Assembly (NCBI GenBank): GCA_965235115.1
Contig: OZ249443.1
Location: 7,874,001 to 7,938,000 of the forward strand
Direction of reading: 5' to 3'
Length of the DNA stretch: 64,000 nt
Origin: Laetmonice hystrix
Taxonomy: Eukaryota
Shown here: one piece after another, positions 12,574 to 25,273 of the stretch
Layout: every line of letters starts with the position of its first letter
How positions within the stretch are numbered: position 1 is the first letter of the stretch
The notes under the pieces: generated by a model
Database searches by the model: none
Seen by the model: only the letters and a program-made list of their open reading frames with translations
What the model was told of the DNA's origin: nothing
Position numbers and translations under genes: made by a program

Positions 12574-13862
12574 GATCGAGCGATCGGACAATGGCAGTGC
12601 ATTATGTGTAACAAACAGCAAAAAGAGAATGATCAATTCATTAAAAGCCTTAATGGTCCCCGCGTTCCAATTGTCCCTCAAACAAAGACCCTTCAGAGAG
12701 TCCTTGGCTTAAGAGCTGGGATTTCAATCGATTTCTTTTCAGGGCTCGTTCTCGGTTGGCTGAACGAGATGGAGCTGACTTCACCGGTCCGATCCTCGAT
12801 AAACCCAGAGATTTTACGATGTTAGACGATACATAAACAAGCTAGTAACCAGCCGAGCTGTCAGGTCTGTCGCCAGTACATAGTGTCGACAACTAATCTC
12901 TTCTAACGGCATCCTCGGGTCACCTCAACCAGATACCTTTGTCATGAATGTTTCCCAATTCTAAATATATTTAATAAACATATTATAGGGAATGAAATGC
13001 TCATTATAGTAAATCCAAAATATGTAGCAAATACAGAAGGACTTCTTTTCTAAGCATTTACCGTTTTTCTTCTTCAATACCACCCTGGCAGCTGATAACT
13101 TATCTAAGTGTCATTTTATGTCCCCTAAATCTACTGCCAGTATTTTCCAGATAATTCATATAATTATTATTTCAGTCAGTGGTACATAATTTACGGACTT
13201 CCATTATCCAAATATACCATGGAAAAGGGAAGAAGAAAACATTAAGGAAAGCAAATGAACTCTCATCATCACGGCCTATACTGTAACAATTGGTCTGTTA
13301 TTTCCCGCGTTCTGCATGCTATGTCAAACCTACCATGTTGTGTGCGATGCCGTGAGATAATAGCTATTGTAAACATGTTGGAGCCATTTTCACAGACAAC
13401 ATGATGACAATAATCCTCGTACAACAAGCTGGTGCCAGCGACAAGAATAACAATGAGATATAGCTTCCCCTCCCTCCTCCATATGTCACAGCACCCCCAC
13501 CCACCCATCATCAACCAAACAAGCCCGCGCCGGCCCGCCATGTGTCATGTGCCATGTTACACTCGGCCATCCTCTACCATAATAATTGTTTGGCCAACAT
13601 CCGCAGCCACATGACGTTGGCTGAGGATGAGGATGAGAGACAATATCAACACAATCATCTCGTCCTGGTCCTGACAGCCTACACTGTCCATTATCCTAGC
13701 CCGTACTGCTGCGCTATCATCTATCTTCCCGCTACGCTGCCATAAAGCACCATGACAAGGGAGTCCGTCGGCCCCCTCCCAACCCCTCACCCCCACCCCC
13801 ACCCGCCACCCTGCCATCAACCTTCAGTGGACAGCATCGTTCTGTAGTCCACATATAGCTAC

Positions 13863-14673
13863 AACACCAGCTGACAGACGACCCCAGTACTGGCACGGTG
13901 AACGGTCTATGGAGACGATTTCTGGTCCCATGTATCCAGCTTTCCTGCCTGCTTGACGCCAACACCAACACCAGCTGACAGACGACCCCAGTACTGGCAC
14001 GGCGAACGGTCTATGGCGACGATTTCTGGTCCCATGTATCCAGCTTTCCTGCCTGCTTGACGCCAACACCAACACCAGCTGACAGACGACCCCAGTACTG
14101 GCACGGTGAACAGTCTATGGAGACGATTTCTGGTCCCATGTATCCAGCTTTCCTGCCTGCTTGACGCCAACACCAACACCAGCTGATAGACGACCCCAGT
14201 ACTGGCACGGCGAACGGTCTATGGCGACGATTTCTGGTCCCATGTATCCAGCTTTCCCGCCTGCTTGACGCCAACACCAACACCAGCTGACAGACGACCC
14301 CAGTACTGGCACGGCGAACGGTCTATGGCGACGATTTCTGGTCCCATGTATCCAGCTTTCCCGCCTGCTTGACGCCAACACCAACACCAGCTGACAGACG
14401 ACCCCAGTACTGGCACGGTGAACGGTCTATCCCATGTATCCAGCTTTCCCGCCTGCTTGACGCCAACACCAACACCAGCTGACAGAAGACCCCAGTACTG
14501 GCACGGTGAACGGTCTATGGAGACGATTTCTGGTCCCATGTATCCAGCTTTCCTGCCTGCTTGACGCCAACACCAACACCAGCTGACAGACGACCCCAGT
14601 ACTGGCACGGTGAACGGTCTATGGCGACGATTTCTGGTCCCATGTAGCCAGCATTCCTGCCTGCTTGACGCCA
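13863..14673. repeat. Minisatellite, 104-bp unit, ~8 units
   Basis: Units start near 13865, 13969, 14073, 14177, 14281, 14385, 14473 and 14577. The sixth lacks 16 bp (ggcgacgatttctggt). The ORF track repeats at a 104-bp offset. Confidence 0.97.
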
Positions 14674-16427
14674 GGTGCTGGTTCTATGCTACATTTCCCC
14701 ACCATTCCCATCACGAAAACAAACCATCTCCCGGCCCCATGCTCAGAATTCCCTTCTTGTCCGGTCTATGGACGGTCTATGGAGACTTAACCAGATAAAG
14801 CTTGACCCCAGTCTTAGTCCCAACCCCACATGCCCACAAGAGATAGGAGGGTCCTGGGCTCATTCTTCCTCTATTCGTGTCACCAGAGGTGGGGGGGGGG
14901 GGGGGGGCAGAACCTGGCCCCACGCCCAAGTTATATACCCACTATGAACCACAACGATTGCACAATTATTAAACCTTTCCAGTCCATCTTCAGTGAAACA
15001 CAATATAAATTTTCCATCTCCATTTTCCGGCAAACTCCAAATTGATTGAGTAAACGGTAATCAGAGTCTAATCCCGAGGAGATGATCTCCTTTGTCCGTG
15101 GGCGGCTGGTCCTGAGCCCGATGTGAGCACCCATCCCTCGACCGCATCCTCATGCCAATAAATCTGTGGCCCCCTTAATCCACCACCGACCACCTACTCC
15201 TGACGCCGAGAAAAACATCATAATCCCTCATTTATTAACGAGCATGCACCATTTACATTTCAGGTCCTTCTCCTTCTTGGCTTGGGGTAATCCCGTGTCT
15301 CGTGACCTTGACCCCGCCGACCCCCACCCAGGAGGAGGGTGACCATAATTGCACCCCTTGGGGTCACCAATAGGGGAGCGCGTCCCAAAACGCCAGTCAC
15401 TGGAAACACTCCGGGAAAACAATGAATAAAATAATGGCCGTGGTCCCGCTCCTTATTGTGGGACGTTTGGTTGTTCACAGCGATGTTCAAATCTGTTCTA
15501 GCTATGTTACAACGCCATCCTATATCGTCAGATACAGATTTCTGAGTCTATGATCATATTGACGACGTAGAATGTTACAATCATGTGTTTGGGGGCGTTA
15601 CGTGTGAGCAGTGACTCTCACTCTCATTAGTCAGAGAAAGGGCGGACAGAGACGTTAGAAGACCACGTCGGTCCAGTTCCGTTGTACACGGGAAACGGGG
15701 GTCGACGCACGCAATCAGCGTTCTCTTCTAGGTCCGTGCTTCTCTACGTCATGACCTCGTTCTAATCAGCGTCACGCTGCATACGAGATCAAGCAAGACA
15801 AGACGTCAAGCTAAAGGACACTAGGCCAGCATGTCTGAGCGTGGCAAAAGTAACATCATTATGGGTGATGACTGCCAGTGAATCTACTATGATGTCTGAA
15901 GGTTGCGAGATGTCCTTTTTACGTTTCAACAGAAATGTTTAAAATCAGGGATGATACTGGCCAAAAGCTAGGCTGGTCTCTCGGCTTGGTAACCAAACTG
16001 ACCAATCAGAATCTTCCTATCAGAATGTGACGTCGTGCCATACGTCGATGGTCCGTCCGATATTGTCTCAATTTCCACAATACCATTCTCTGGGAATTAC
16101 ACATGCATGAATTCAATCCAAATACAACAGATTATTTTATCTTTGTTTATATAAGTAAAAAAAGGAAAGAAATAAAAAAAACTTCACATTGGAAAACAAG
16201 TTACAGACGACCAATTTATCATCGCATGTATTGGAGAGCCTAGACACTGTGCAGTGTGAACTCTATTGATTCTGTCTGAAATTGATTTTCATGGACAGAA
16301 AAAGTTTGCAAAGTTCATCTCATGGAATTGAATGTCTGTCCCCCAACTGATCCACTGCTAACCTAGAAACTTCCAGAATGTGGCATCTGGGAATTAAGGG
16401 TTGCTCCCCTCTCTGACCCGAGGTCGC

Positions 16428-16443
16428 CAGCGCCATCTAGTGA
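16428..16443 (-). promoter_or_regulatory. CTCF-like motif
   Basis: Reverse complement TCACTAGATGGCGCTG. Confidence 0.5.
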
Positions 16444-18407
16444 TCATCACGTGTCAGCCAACTTTTAAGTGTATAAAGAAATCGAACTCCGGCTACAGAA
16501 TCTACGGCTCAGTTCTGTCAAAGGGTTATATTGGGGTGCCTGGAGGGAAAAAAAAACTAGAAATCTCATGGGACACAAATCAATTTCCAGGGAAAAGGGT
16601 CGACGAAAATATTAAAGCTTGTTTATCGTAGAGCTGTCCTCTTGTCAGTGGCTGACTATGAGTATGGTATTTGGGGGATTGGAGCCCTGAAAAAAGTCTA
16701 TGGCCCATCTGGTGTGCGGTCGTGTGGGTCCAACTATGACCAGGAAGATACTGACAAAGCTTCCATGACGCTGCCTTGAGATGTTCTTTTTTTCTAAATT
16801 CAAGCTGGTATATCTCAAAGAAGGCACTCGTGATCATATCAAACTGAAGGGCAACGATAGGTTCTATGGTAAAATATGTAAAGGTTTCATAAAGTCTTTG
16901 AGAAAGAGAGGATAATCATTGCCGTCTGGTAAGGTATTGATCTACATCTTTATCATGTCTTACCCGCACTCAGAGCTCATGCTTACTATCATCTTTCTCA
17001 TAGTCACAATATTTTAACGACTCATGCTCATCATGAATATAGATTTAGATTTTTTTAAATCCACCAATAACCATCTTTGAAGTAATATCTGGGCAACTTT
17101 AAAACCAAATCCGAAACAACGAAGAAACATCCTCTCTCTTGAATTTCTTGTGAATTAGAAAAAAATTATCTACACAAAACAAAATTCAAGGGCGGGAAAA
17201 AAGTGTCTGTTGGTAAAGTTACTTTCAGGTCTTTGAGTGTAACATCAGCACAATGAATGGGTTTCAATTTTTCTTTTCTTTTTCTTCAGAAAAGTATTGT
17301 CTTTCACACTCAGTGGGAAAACGTATGAATGTAATATTACTTTGAACTGATCTACGCAAGCAATACACTTAAAGGCTTCAAAAAACTACCAAAAAAAACT
17401 ATTCAAAGTTAAATTTCTCTTGAAAGTTTTGAGACTGTGATCAACACTTGCAGAAGCAAGCCCTGCGTTCAATCCCTGCTGGAATACGACACAAAGATCC
17501 TCTTATACATTACCGGAGAAAGACCTGGACCTTTGCGACCCAGGCCGTCTCGTCAGGCCGAGTTAGAGAGCCTTGACGGAGGATCAAACGGGAAGCACCT
17601 TATCACAGTCCTTCCTCCGGATCACAACCGTCAATTTCCCCGCCTCCCTACCACGGATTCAGCGCTAAATGAGCTTAGGAAGCTTTTACAATTTTTCTCA
17701 TTAGCGTTCAAATGACACAGCGGTGCTTCTCGATTTCTCACCAGCGAGACTTCCAATTCCAGCGTGGCCGCCATCTCCACAGAAGGTTTCTCAGTCCATC
17801 TGTAATTCTCCTACCTGTAATACGGCCGTAATTACTGGTCATCCGTCCCAGTCCTCTTTTACCAATCCATCTCTTTTGCCGGTAAAAAGTTAGATTTGTG
17901 CTGATTTTAACCGGTATATTTGTATATGGCGACTGCCTACGTCGGGAGAGACAGACCATTAATAAAGTACTCCCTTACCGCACGCTTGGAGGGAAAGCCA
18001 ATCAACAGCTTTCTGTGCATCTTTCACTGTAGTTTCTCTTACAAAAATCTCCGCTTCAATCTTATTGTCATCTCCAACATATTAGTACATACAAATGTAT
18101 TCATTAGAGGAGGCGGTTCTTCATTTCCGACTTAATGGAGAGGGAACGTGCGACGGTTTGCTCTTTTTTAAATGGTATATATCCTAAGTAATGGGGGTCT
18201 GAAACAAGCCGAGATGAGTTGGCCGTTGTTACGACTGGCTCCCCACTCCACAGCAGCCATCATCAGACTTCTTCACTAATGACTTTAAAAAAAAACTACA
18301 TTTCGTGTTGCTTTCGACGATGGCCGCCTGTGATAATTGTCCGCTGTGTGGTTTGAATATTTCATGCATAATCACTTGCTCTTTAATTGCCAGATCAGGA
18401 GCCCACC

Positions 18408-18475
18408 ATGAATATTTCAACAGGACTTTTAATTTTCCTTGCGTCCCCGAATGGGCTCCTTTTGGAACCGTTAAT
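18408..18475 (+). CDS. Candidate start-codon exon (MNISTGLLIFLASPNGLLLEPL...)
   Basis: Acceptor ctttaattgccag (exon from 18394), CCCACCATG Kozak context, donor gtaagt at 18476. No downstream partner exon identified. Confidence 0.22.
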
Positions 18476-19740
18476 GTAAGTATAATGACAGCACGTGCTG
18501 GTTCCCGCACGCAGCGCGTGTTGCAGGCACAGCTGAAGCAGACACTTTTCAACACTCAAGTGATCCCGCATGTTTTTAACCCATACATTCTGATGGCACT
18601 TGCCACCCACATTCTGGTTACTAATTGCCAAGTTGTGTAATGTAGCTCTATGGAGAGGCCCAGCAATGGATTCCTGCTTGCAAGGAGCGGGGCCCGGACT
18701 AATGGGGGCCCGTGCATGGGTGACACGAACGGGCCAGGGACGAACCTGGACAGGACTTGGCCATCATCATCAAACATTTATTCAATCATAACAGCCGTGT
18801 GACTCACACCCAAAGCTTTGGCTCTTAACGAAACTATTATCTGACCGGTACGTCCACTGTATGGAGGTAGTGTCCAACACATACCACCTATACTGACGGA
18901 CTGACTGGTGAGGTCGCTTCTCCAACTATAGCCGCACACCAAGGCACGCAACACTGGCACCGTACTGTATGCACAATGAACGGCCAGACTCAAATTCCAT
19001 AAACCCCACTCCAATACAAGTGTATAGTGATTCACCGTTTGTTTAGTTCATATACCAGCACTACACACAGCACGATTATTTCTCCTCTTTCCAACAAGAA
19101 TCATCCGAATACATTCTCTCCAGCACACTCTTGCCACTGCCAACTGTTGCCACAGTGACGGGATTGATCTCAGTTTCTCCCATTATAAGCCAATTCACAC
19201 GGAACAGGTAGATTAATCGTGATTGAATACTACAGGCATTCTCTGGGCAGGCCGAACCCTATCATATACTAGAGATCATTCATCATCAACACCACCCTAA
19301 CACATGACCCATAAACCGCCATTTAGTGCTGCCATCTATATTTTAGTTTCCTGCCATGTGGAGTAGAAAGGACGGCTTGCTTTAATAATGAATGACACGA
19401 TTTAGGTGCTACATGAGTGATGACGTTACCAACATATGAATCATCCACAGAGGCTGCCTACCCTCCACCCGACACAACTCAGTGTGATATTGGGTGACTC
19501 TGGGTCTGTAAAATCATACATAACGTATAATAAAGAGATAATCTGATGCCGTGACTTGGTCCACCAGAGAAAACATTCATCACATTTTGTCTGAAGGTGC
19601 ATTGCCAAATCCTGTTTCACACACACAAAAAGTAATGCTAACACCTGTTTACATTGTTTGCACCTGTTTGACAAAAACCCTCCCATCGTCGACTTAACAA
19701 ATCATATGGCCCAACACCTGTTTCCGTCATTCTTCCAGAT

Positions 19741-20423
19741 GGTATCATCCCGCTAGCCCCCCGCCCGCTAGCCCCCCGTTTAGACAGGGCCGAAGGTGTG
19801 AGAAATCTGTGCCGCTAGCCCCCTGCTCGGCTGTTCCACTATCAGGCACTACCCCCTTATGAGATTTGGGGTGGTCAGCGGTCAGGGATGGTAAGGGCAA
19901 GGAACTTGCATTGTAATGTATAGTTCTTTGTTAAGGGATAACTAAAAGGCAAGCGACAAATAATTAGGGGGTGTTACTAGATATATAAATGACTGATTAC
20001 GGGTGTTACGGGACTGAATCTGTATTATGGTGTTAGTTAGAATCACAGTTATACACTCAACCACTGCCTTACTTATATTGTCCATCATATGGCCAAGCGC
20101 CTTCATATAGGACTCCATCATTCTGTGGCATATCATAGTCTAAGCCTAACTGGTGCAATCGGGATTCAATACTTTTTCTTTCTTTTGGGGGCTGGCTGAC
20201 CTGCCTGCATCGGCAGCATATGAACCGCCAAGTCCCGCCGTTGACCCCCCCCCCCCCCCCCACCAACTCCGTCCACGCCTCAGTGGTGGTGGTGGTGGTG
20301 GGGGGGGGGGGGTTGTGTCAGGGAGTGGAACAGCCGAGCGGGGGGCTACCGGCACAGATTTCTCACGCCTTCGGCCTTGTCTAAACGGGGGGCTAGCGGG
20401 CGGGGGGCTAGCGGGGGTAATCC
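19741..20423. mobile_element. Non-autonomous DNA transposon with ~100-bp TIRs and 8-9 bp TSD (Merlin-like; MULE or hAT not excluded)
   Basis: 19749-19840 is the reverse complement of 20324-20415 (92 bp, about 4 mismatches). Ends GG...CC. Direct repeat ttccagat at 19733-19740 and 20424-20431 (cttccagat if 9 bp). No transposase-like ORF recognised inside. Confidence 0.8.
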
Positions 20424-23400
20424 TTCCAGATATAGCGTTTCCTTCAGTTCTCCTATCAAAACACTGCAAACCGACGCCATCATACAGACGCACCTTCTAA
20501 ATCCCCCCGTAACAACCCCCAACCCCCAGTAACACACCCCTCCCTGATAACAACCCCCACCACCTCCCCATCCCATGGTCCTCAACAATGGCCCCTCCCG
20601 ATGCCAGCACTTTGATCACTGCCTTTATACGAGTGTTAGCCCTGCCCGTTTTCGCCGTCCTGTCTAGAATCAACGATTGCCTTCCTTTATGTTGCCGGAC
20701 GAGTACCAGAGGAAGCAGACAGGAGGGGGAACCTTTCTAAACTCGTGTTGGCGACGGATGGTTTCCTGGCAACCAGGAAAACGCCGAGGGTCGGTTTGCT
20801 GCTCGTGCAGCTTCCATTGGGCAGCGTTCGTCTTACTTCGCTGGAGGAACGGAGGCGCAGACACTGGAGGAAATACCGGCCGCTGTGCTCACATCATGCG
20901 GGAGGCAATCTAGTTCACGGTTCTCATCCTCCAGGCCTGTTGGTGTGGGGCTTCTGGCCGAGGTGGGTATTGAGGGGGAGTATTTAAGTGAGGCCCTCAC
21001 ACATTATAGCCGTCAAACACTCTCATCCGACCCTCATCCGTGACTTATTACTTAACGGGAAGATTTAACTGGGTAACAGGTCTCCTGGGATGCTACATGA
21101 CATATGGATGATGTAATGATTGGATGTAAGATTTACACAAAACTATCGGGCCTATTCAACAAGTGGGCACAAATATACGTATCCGACATGATCAAAATAA
21201 TGTGACGTTTTACTTGTATCTGAAACTGAACCGTGGCAGAAGCCTGGGGTTGAATAAGGGTTCATCATATTCCTGTCGACTTAGCCGGTTAATTTGTTAC
21301 TTTGTCGTATTTAGCCTAAAACCGCTGCTGATCGAGCCACGAACGACAAAGAATCCGGTGATAGAGTTGTAAGCCATCCTGCCTGACATCCGGTGGTAGA
21401 GCTCTGTGCCACTCTGCCGGCCACAACCCATCTCTGAACTCTGCCTGTCACATCCAAATGTCACATAAGGACACGTTATAAGTACCACTAATATTCACCA
21501 GCTCAATATCTCTCAATTCACATCCTTTGGCGGCCGTAACTTGTAGGTAGAGCACCGTGTGCCGTCTGACTGGTAAGATATTTGGCGGGGGGGGGGGCCT
21601 CCTACTGATTTCTCCATAGGGTTGTTCATAATGCACTTCCTTTTGCCTTAATTAGGTCCAAATGTGTTAGAAAGAATGACTGATTCTCAGAGGCTCTGCG
21701 CCTGGGCCACCCATGAAAAATGACTTCTCCCTGCTGGCACGAGAGTCCCTTCCCCGGGGGTTAGAGTAATTGCATGTTGGGGGGCTGAAATATGGCCAGG
21801 CCACATGGGTCGGGAGGAGAGCCTGTGAGACGAACCAATAGCAGGGAGCCCGGTCCCAGAAGGGCTGGTAGAGAGCAACTTCCATTCATTCATACAGCAC
21901 AGATGGTACACACGCTTCGGCATACGAATGGGAAATTTGTGTTCACCTTGGGTTGTTGTTCTCTAAGGTCGTATACAATGGAAATAACCCTTTACATGGT
22001 TAAAGTACAGAACTCATTAAGTCAGATCCAGTTCACATTCGTCTTTCTTAGTTTAAATATTGTTAGCAATATAGAGACATTACCTATAACCTAATGTCCA
22101 GCTGCTGAAAAGTTGAAATACTAAACTAGTACCGATACATCGAGGTCAACCCTCATAAAATTCTTTCTTCTCAGACAGAATGAACGCAGGAAAGAAAACA
22201 TTCACAGCCACGTAAGGAAGGTACCGATGTGTACATGCACAGACATAAATAAAAAGGTAACTGGCTGCAGGGACGATGTCCTAGCAAGATATGTGTACCA
22301 CTGAGACGGAACCGACCAAACACGTTTTGTCCAACAACGAATTTCAATACTGCACGTCGTGTTTTCATGTCAAAGCCTATTCACACATCGCCATCAAGTT
22401 TCTCAAAGAACCTTTAATATTCTCCAATTATTAGCAGAATTAAATTGCAAATAATTGAATTCTTCAAAACTGTCCCAATCCGTTTAATTAAAAGATTTTT
22501 CTGAAAGGAACTTAATTTTTGGATCAAATTCAATTCTACAGACTTGAAGACTTTCAATCAGCAGAACCATGCTTCTGTTCATTCTGTCGACTCGAGACCC
22601 TGAATACAATATCAACGATTATTCCCAGATCACGCGTCTGTTATTACTGACCAACCGAACGACAACCCTATTGTTACCTCTCCCACACACAAACATTTTT
22701 ATGCCTATCTTAAAGGGAATAATTCCCTGGGAATTAGAGCATGTGAAAGATGTGGTCAGTAGTGATTAACAAAAGATCATATCGTGTCGGATTGGATAAA
22801 TTATGGGTGGTCCGCCTGCCATGGACATGGTGGGTGTTGTAATGAAACCATGTAATGAAAACCGAGGATAATTGACGAGACCCACTGACCATGGTAAGCG
22901 GAACATGATTATGAAATTGCTCCCACCATTGCGTAATCTCATGGAATTGACTTGGTGATTAAATTGATTAGATTTTGTTGTGCCCACTCCTCCGCTGCTC
23001 CCACGCCACCCTTCTTCCACCACCTTCCAAGTCCAAAATAAAGTATTAATCACTTACACCTGGTTTATGATTTCTGATCCTTTACAAACCATAAATAATC
23101 AAGTTCATGGTCAATTTTGAGATTGCATTCTTTATATTTCTTGCTCCCGCCTTATTTCAGAGAGGCTCTCATAACTTTTTTTTATTCATTGTCAGAAAAT
23201 TAAACGTTGACATAAATGTTGATCCGTGGCACCAATAACATTAACAACACCTTTGTGGTCCTCTCTATGGAGCATTTATTGCGGTCATGACCCAAATTCA
23301 AAACATCTCGGCCATCCTGTTTACGACATCTTTCGTCATGGGTATAAATTCCTGCACTCGGGAAGGTCAGGATCCTTTCAGGCCCGGCTTGCCTGAGTTT

Positions 23401-25255
23401 AATTGCTGACATCAATGTGATTATTACACGGTGTGATCGGGCCTGCATAAATTGGCTCTCCGTCTAATGCAATAATGATCTTGGCAGTGAAGGCCTCCGT
23501 GGGCTCGAGTAGGTTTTACCTTCATGTCATTTCATCTTCCTGCAACACTGCCTGACGTTTAAATGTTTTCTGTCTTGGAGATTGAAGCAAATGCAAAGGG
23601 TCATCATGAACTGGTGGAGAAATTCGTGCTTTTATCCGATTTAATGTAACAAATCATTCCAATTTACAGCATCTTGTTCGGTTACAGTTCGCGCGATGAA
23701 ACATGGCAAAGGTCATCGAACTAGAAGTTAAATTTATCAATGTCACTGCATTTTACATTTGTTAACGCTCACACTGGTGCGTGTGACACGAATCAATGTC
23801 AGGGATCCAAAAGTGCCGTTAACAGATAGATATTTGAAACTTTGTCGACGTTAAAAGTACACGGTACCATCCCATTACACCACCACTACCACCCCCACCG
23901 GCACACACCAGACTCTATCAGCTGGCCCCGATCTAACTGGCCTAAATCCCGCTATACAGGTCTACATTCTAGGTCAATGAATGGGCCGGCTGTTCCCCTA
24001 ACAACCCTGTGTATGCGTGTACGAAACGTCTGAAGGCCACCCGTACACCGAGCGGCTAGAGCTTGGTCTAGACAAACATCTCATCACCCACATCCCACCC
24101 AACCATACGTCAATGACTCTTCCTCCATTCGTAATGATACTTTTCTGAAAGCAACAGCAACTATTTTCAGAGTCATGAATGTCCCCCATCATGTTATAAG
24201 CTTCGATGGGGGTTTCCAAGCTTTTTATTGTACATTTCAAGACCCCTGTTCATTTTCCCATCTAATTTAAATTGATATGTACTGAGTCATCATCACCAAT
24301 CTGTAGACGGGTTCTCTGAGGAGGGACTCAACACGCTGTTGCTGGTATAGCAGCGCTCCTTGCTGTCTTGATTCACTTTCCGGGCATGCTGTTTGAGAGT
24401 GAGTCAGCAATGGGGCCGGCCGACTGGGAAATGATCTAATAGAATATTACCTGGAGTACCTGCAGAGCGGCGGGACTGTCCCCTGAGAGAGAGTACGGAT
24501 AGAGGGTGAGCACACAACTTTATGACCCGTACTGATGGCATGGCATCGTTACCACCGTGACTCATACCGATCACCACTAACATCTGTGTGTGGTTAGTGT
24601 CGGCTTCACCTTGTTAACCTGCTTACAATTCCCATTCCATGTACTACTCACTACTCGCAGGTGACTTGCCTTTGTAAGTCAAGGAGCATGCATGGTTACA
24701 TTGTTGTCGGGCAATAACCAATGTTCAGCCAGTAATGCTCCAATGAGTTCTTCGTCTGGGAAGTAGAAGTTCTGGGGTTTCTCTAATTGTTATGTAGGTA
24801 AATCGCTTCACAATGCTCACAAGTGTTGCTCCGTACGACTGCATGTTATTGCAGTGTAAAAGTAACTCTTCCTCCGCCCTTACTCCATCGAATAACACTT
24901 CCGATTAACTCAAAAACAAACTTAACCTGGACTAACACACAAATACCACCCACAATATAATCTTCCAGGGCATTTACTAAGAATAACTGCATTTACGATA
25001 TCATTAATAAATCCCATCATGCTATTGGTAGGAGCCTTTTGTATTCATTTGAAAAGCTCGCCTTTTATGTTTACGTATCTGCAGAAGCCAGAATTGCAGG
25101 TTTGTGATCAAAACAACCTGATACGACTTCAGATAAGGGTACGAGTTGAGAGAGGTCCTACGATTAAATGATACGAGACAGTCGGCTTGGATCTGGGGGC
25201 CAAGTAAGATGATCACTGCTCCCACAGTCACAGGACGGTCGGTGGACGCCAGATT

Positions 25256-25273
25256 CTGTCGCCATCTGCTGCC
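25256..25273 (-). promoter_or_regulatory. CTCF-like motif
   Basis: Reverse complement GGCAGCAGATGGCGACAG. Confidence 0.35.

Noticed and set aside
14889-14906. Long G/C homopolymers (also ~8003, 11702, 20245, 20300, 21586, 51331, 59857)
   Set aside because: Scattered without pattern, and their lengths are unreliable in assemblies.
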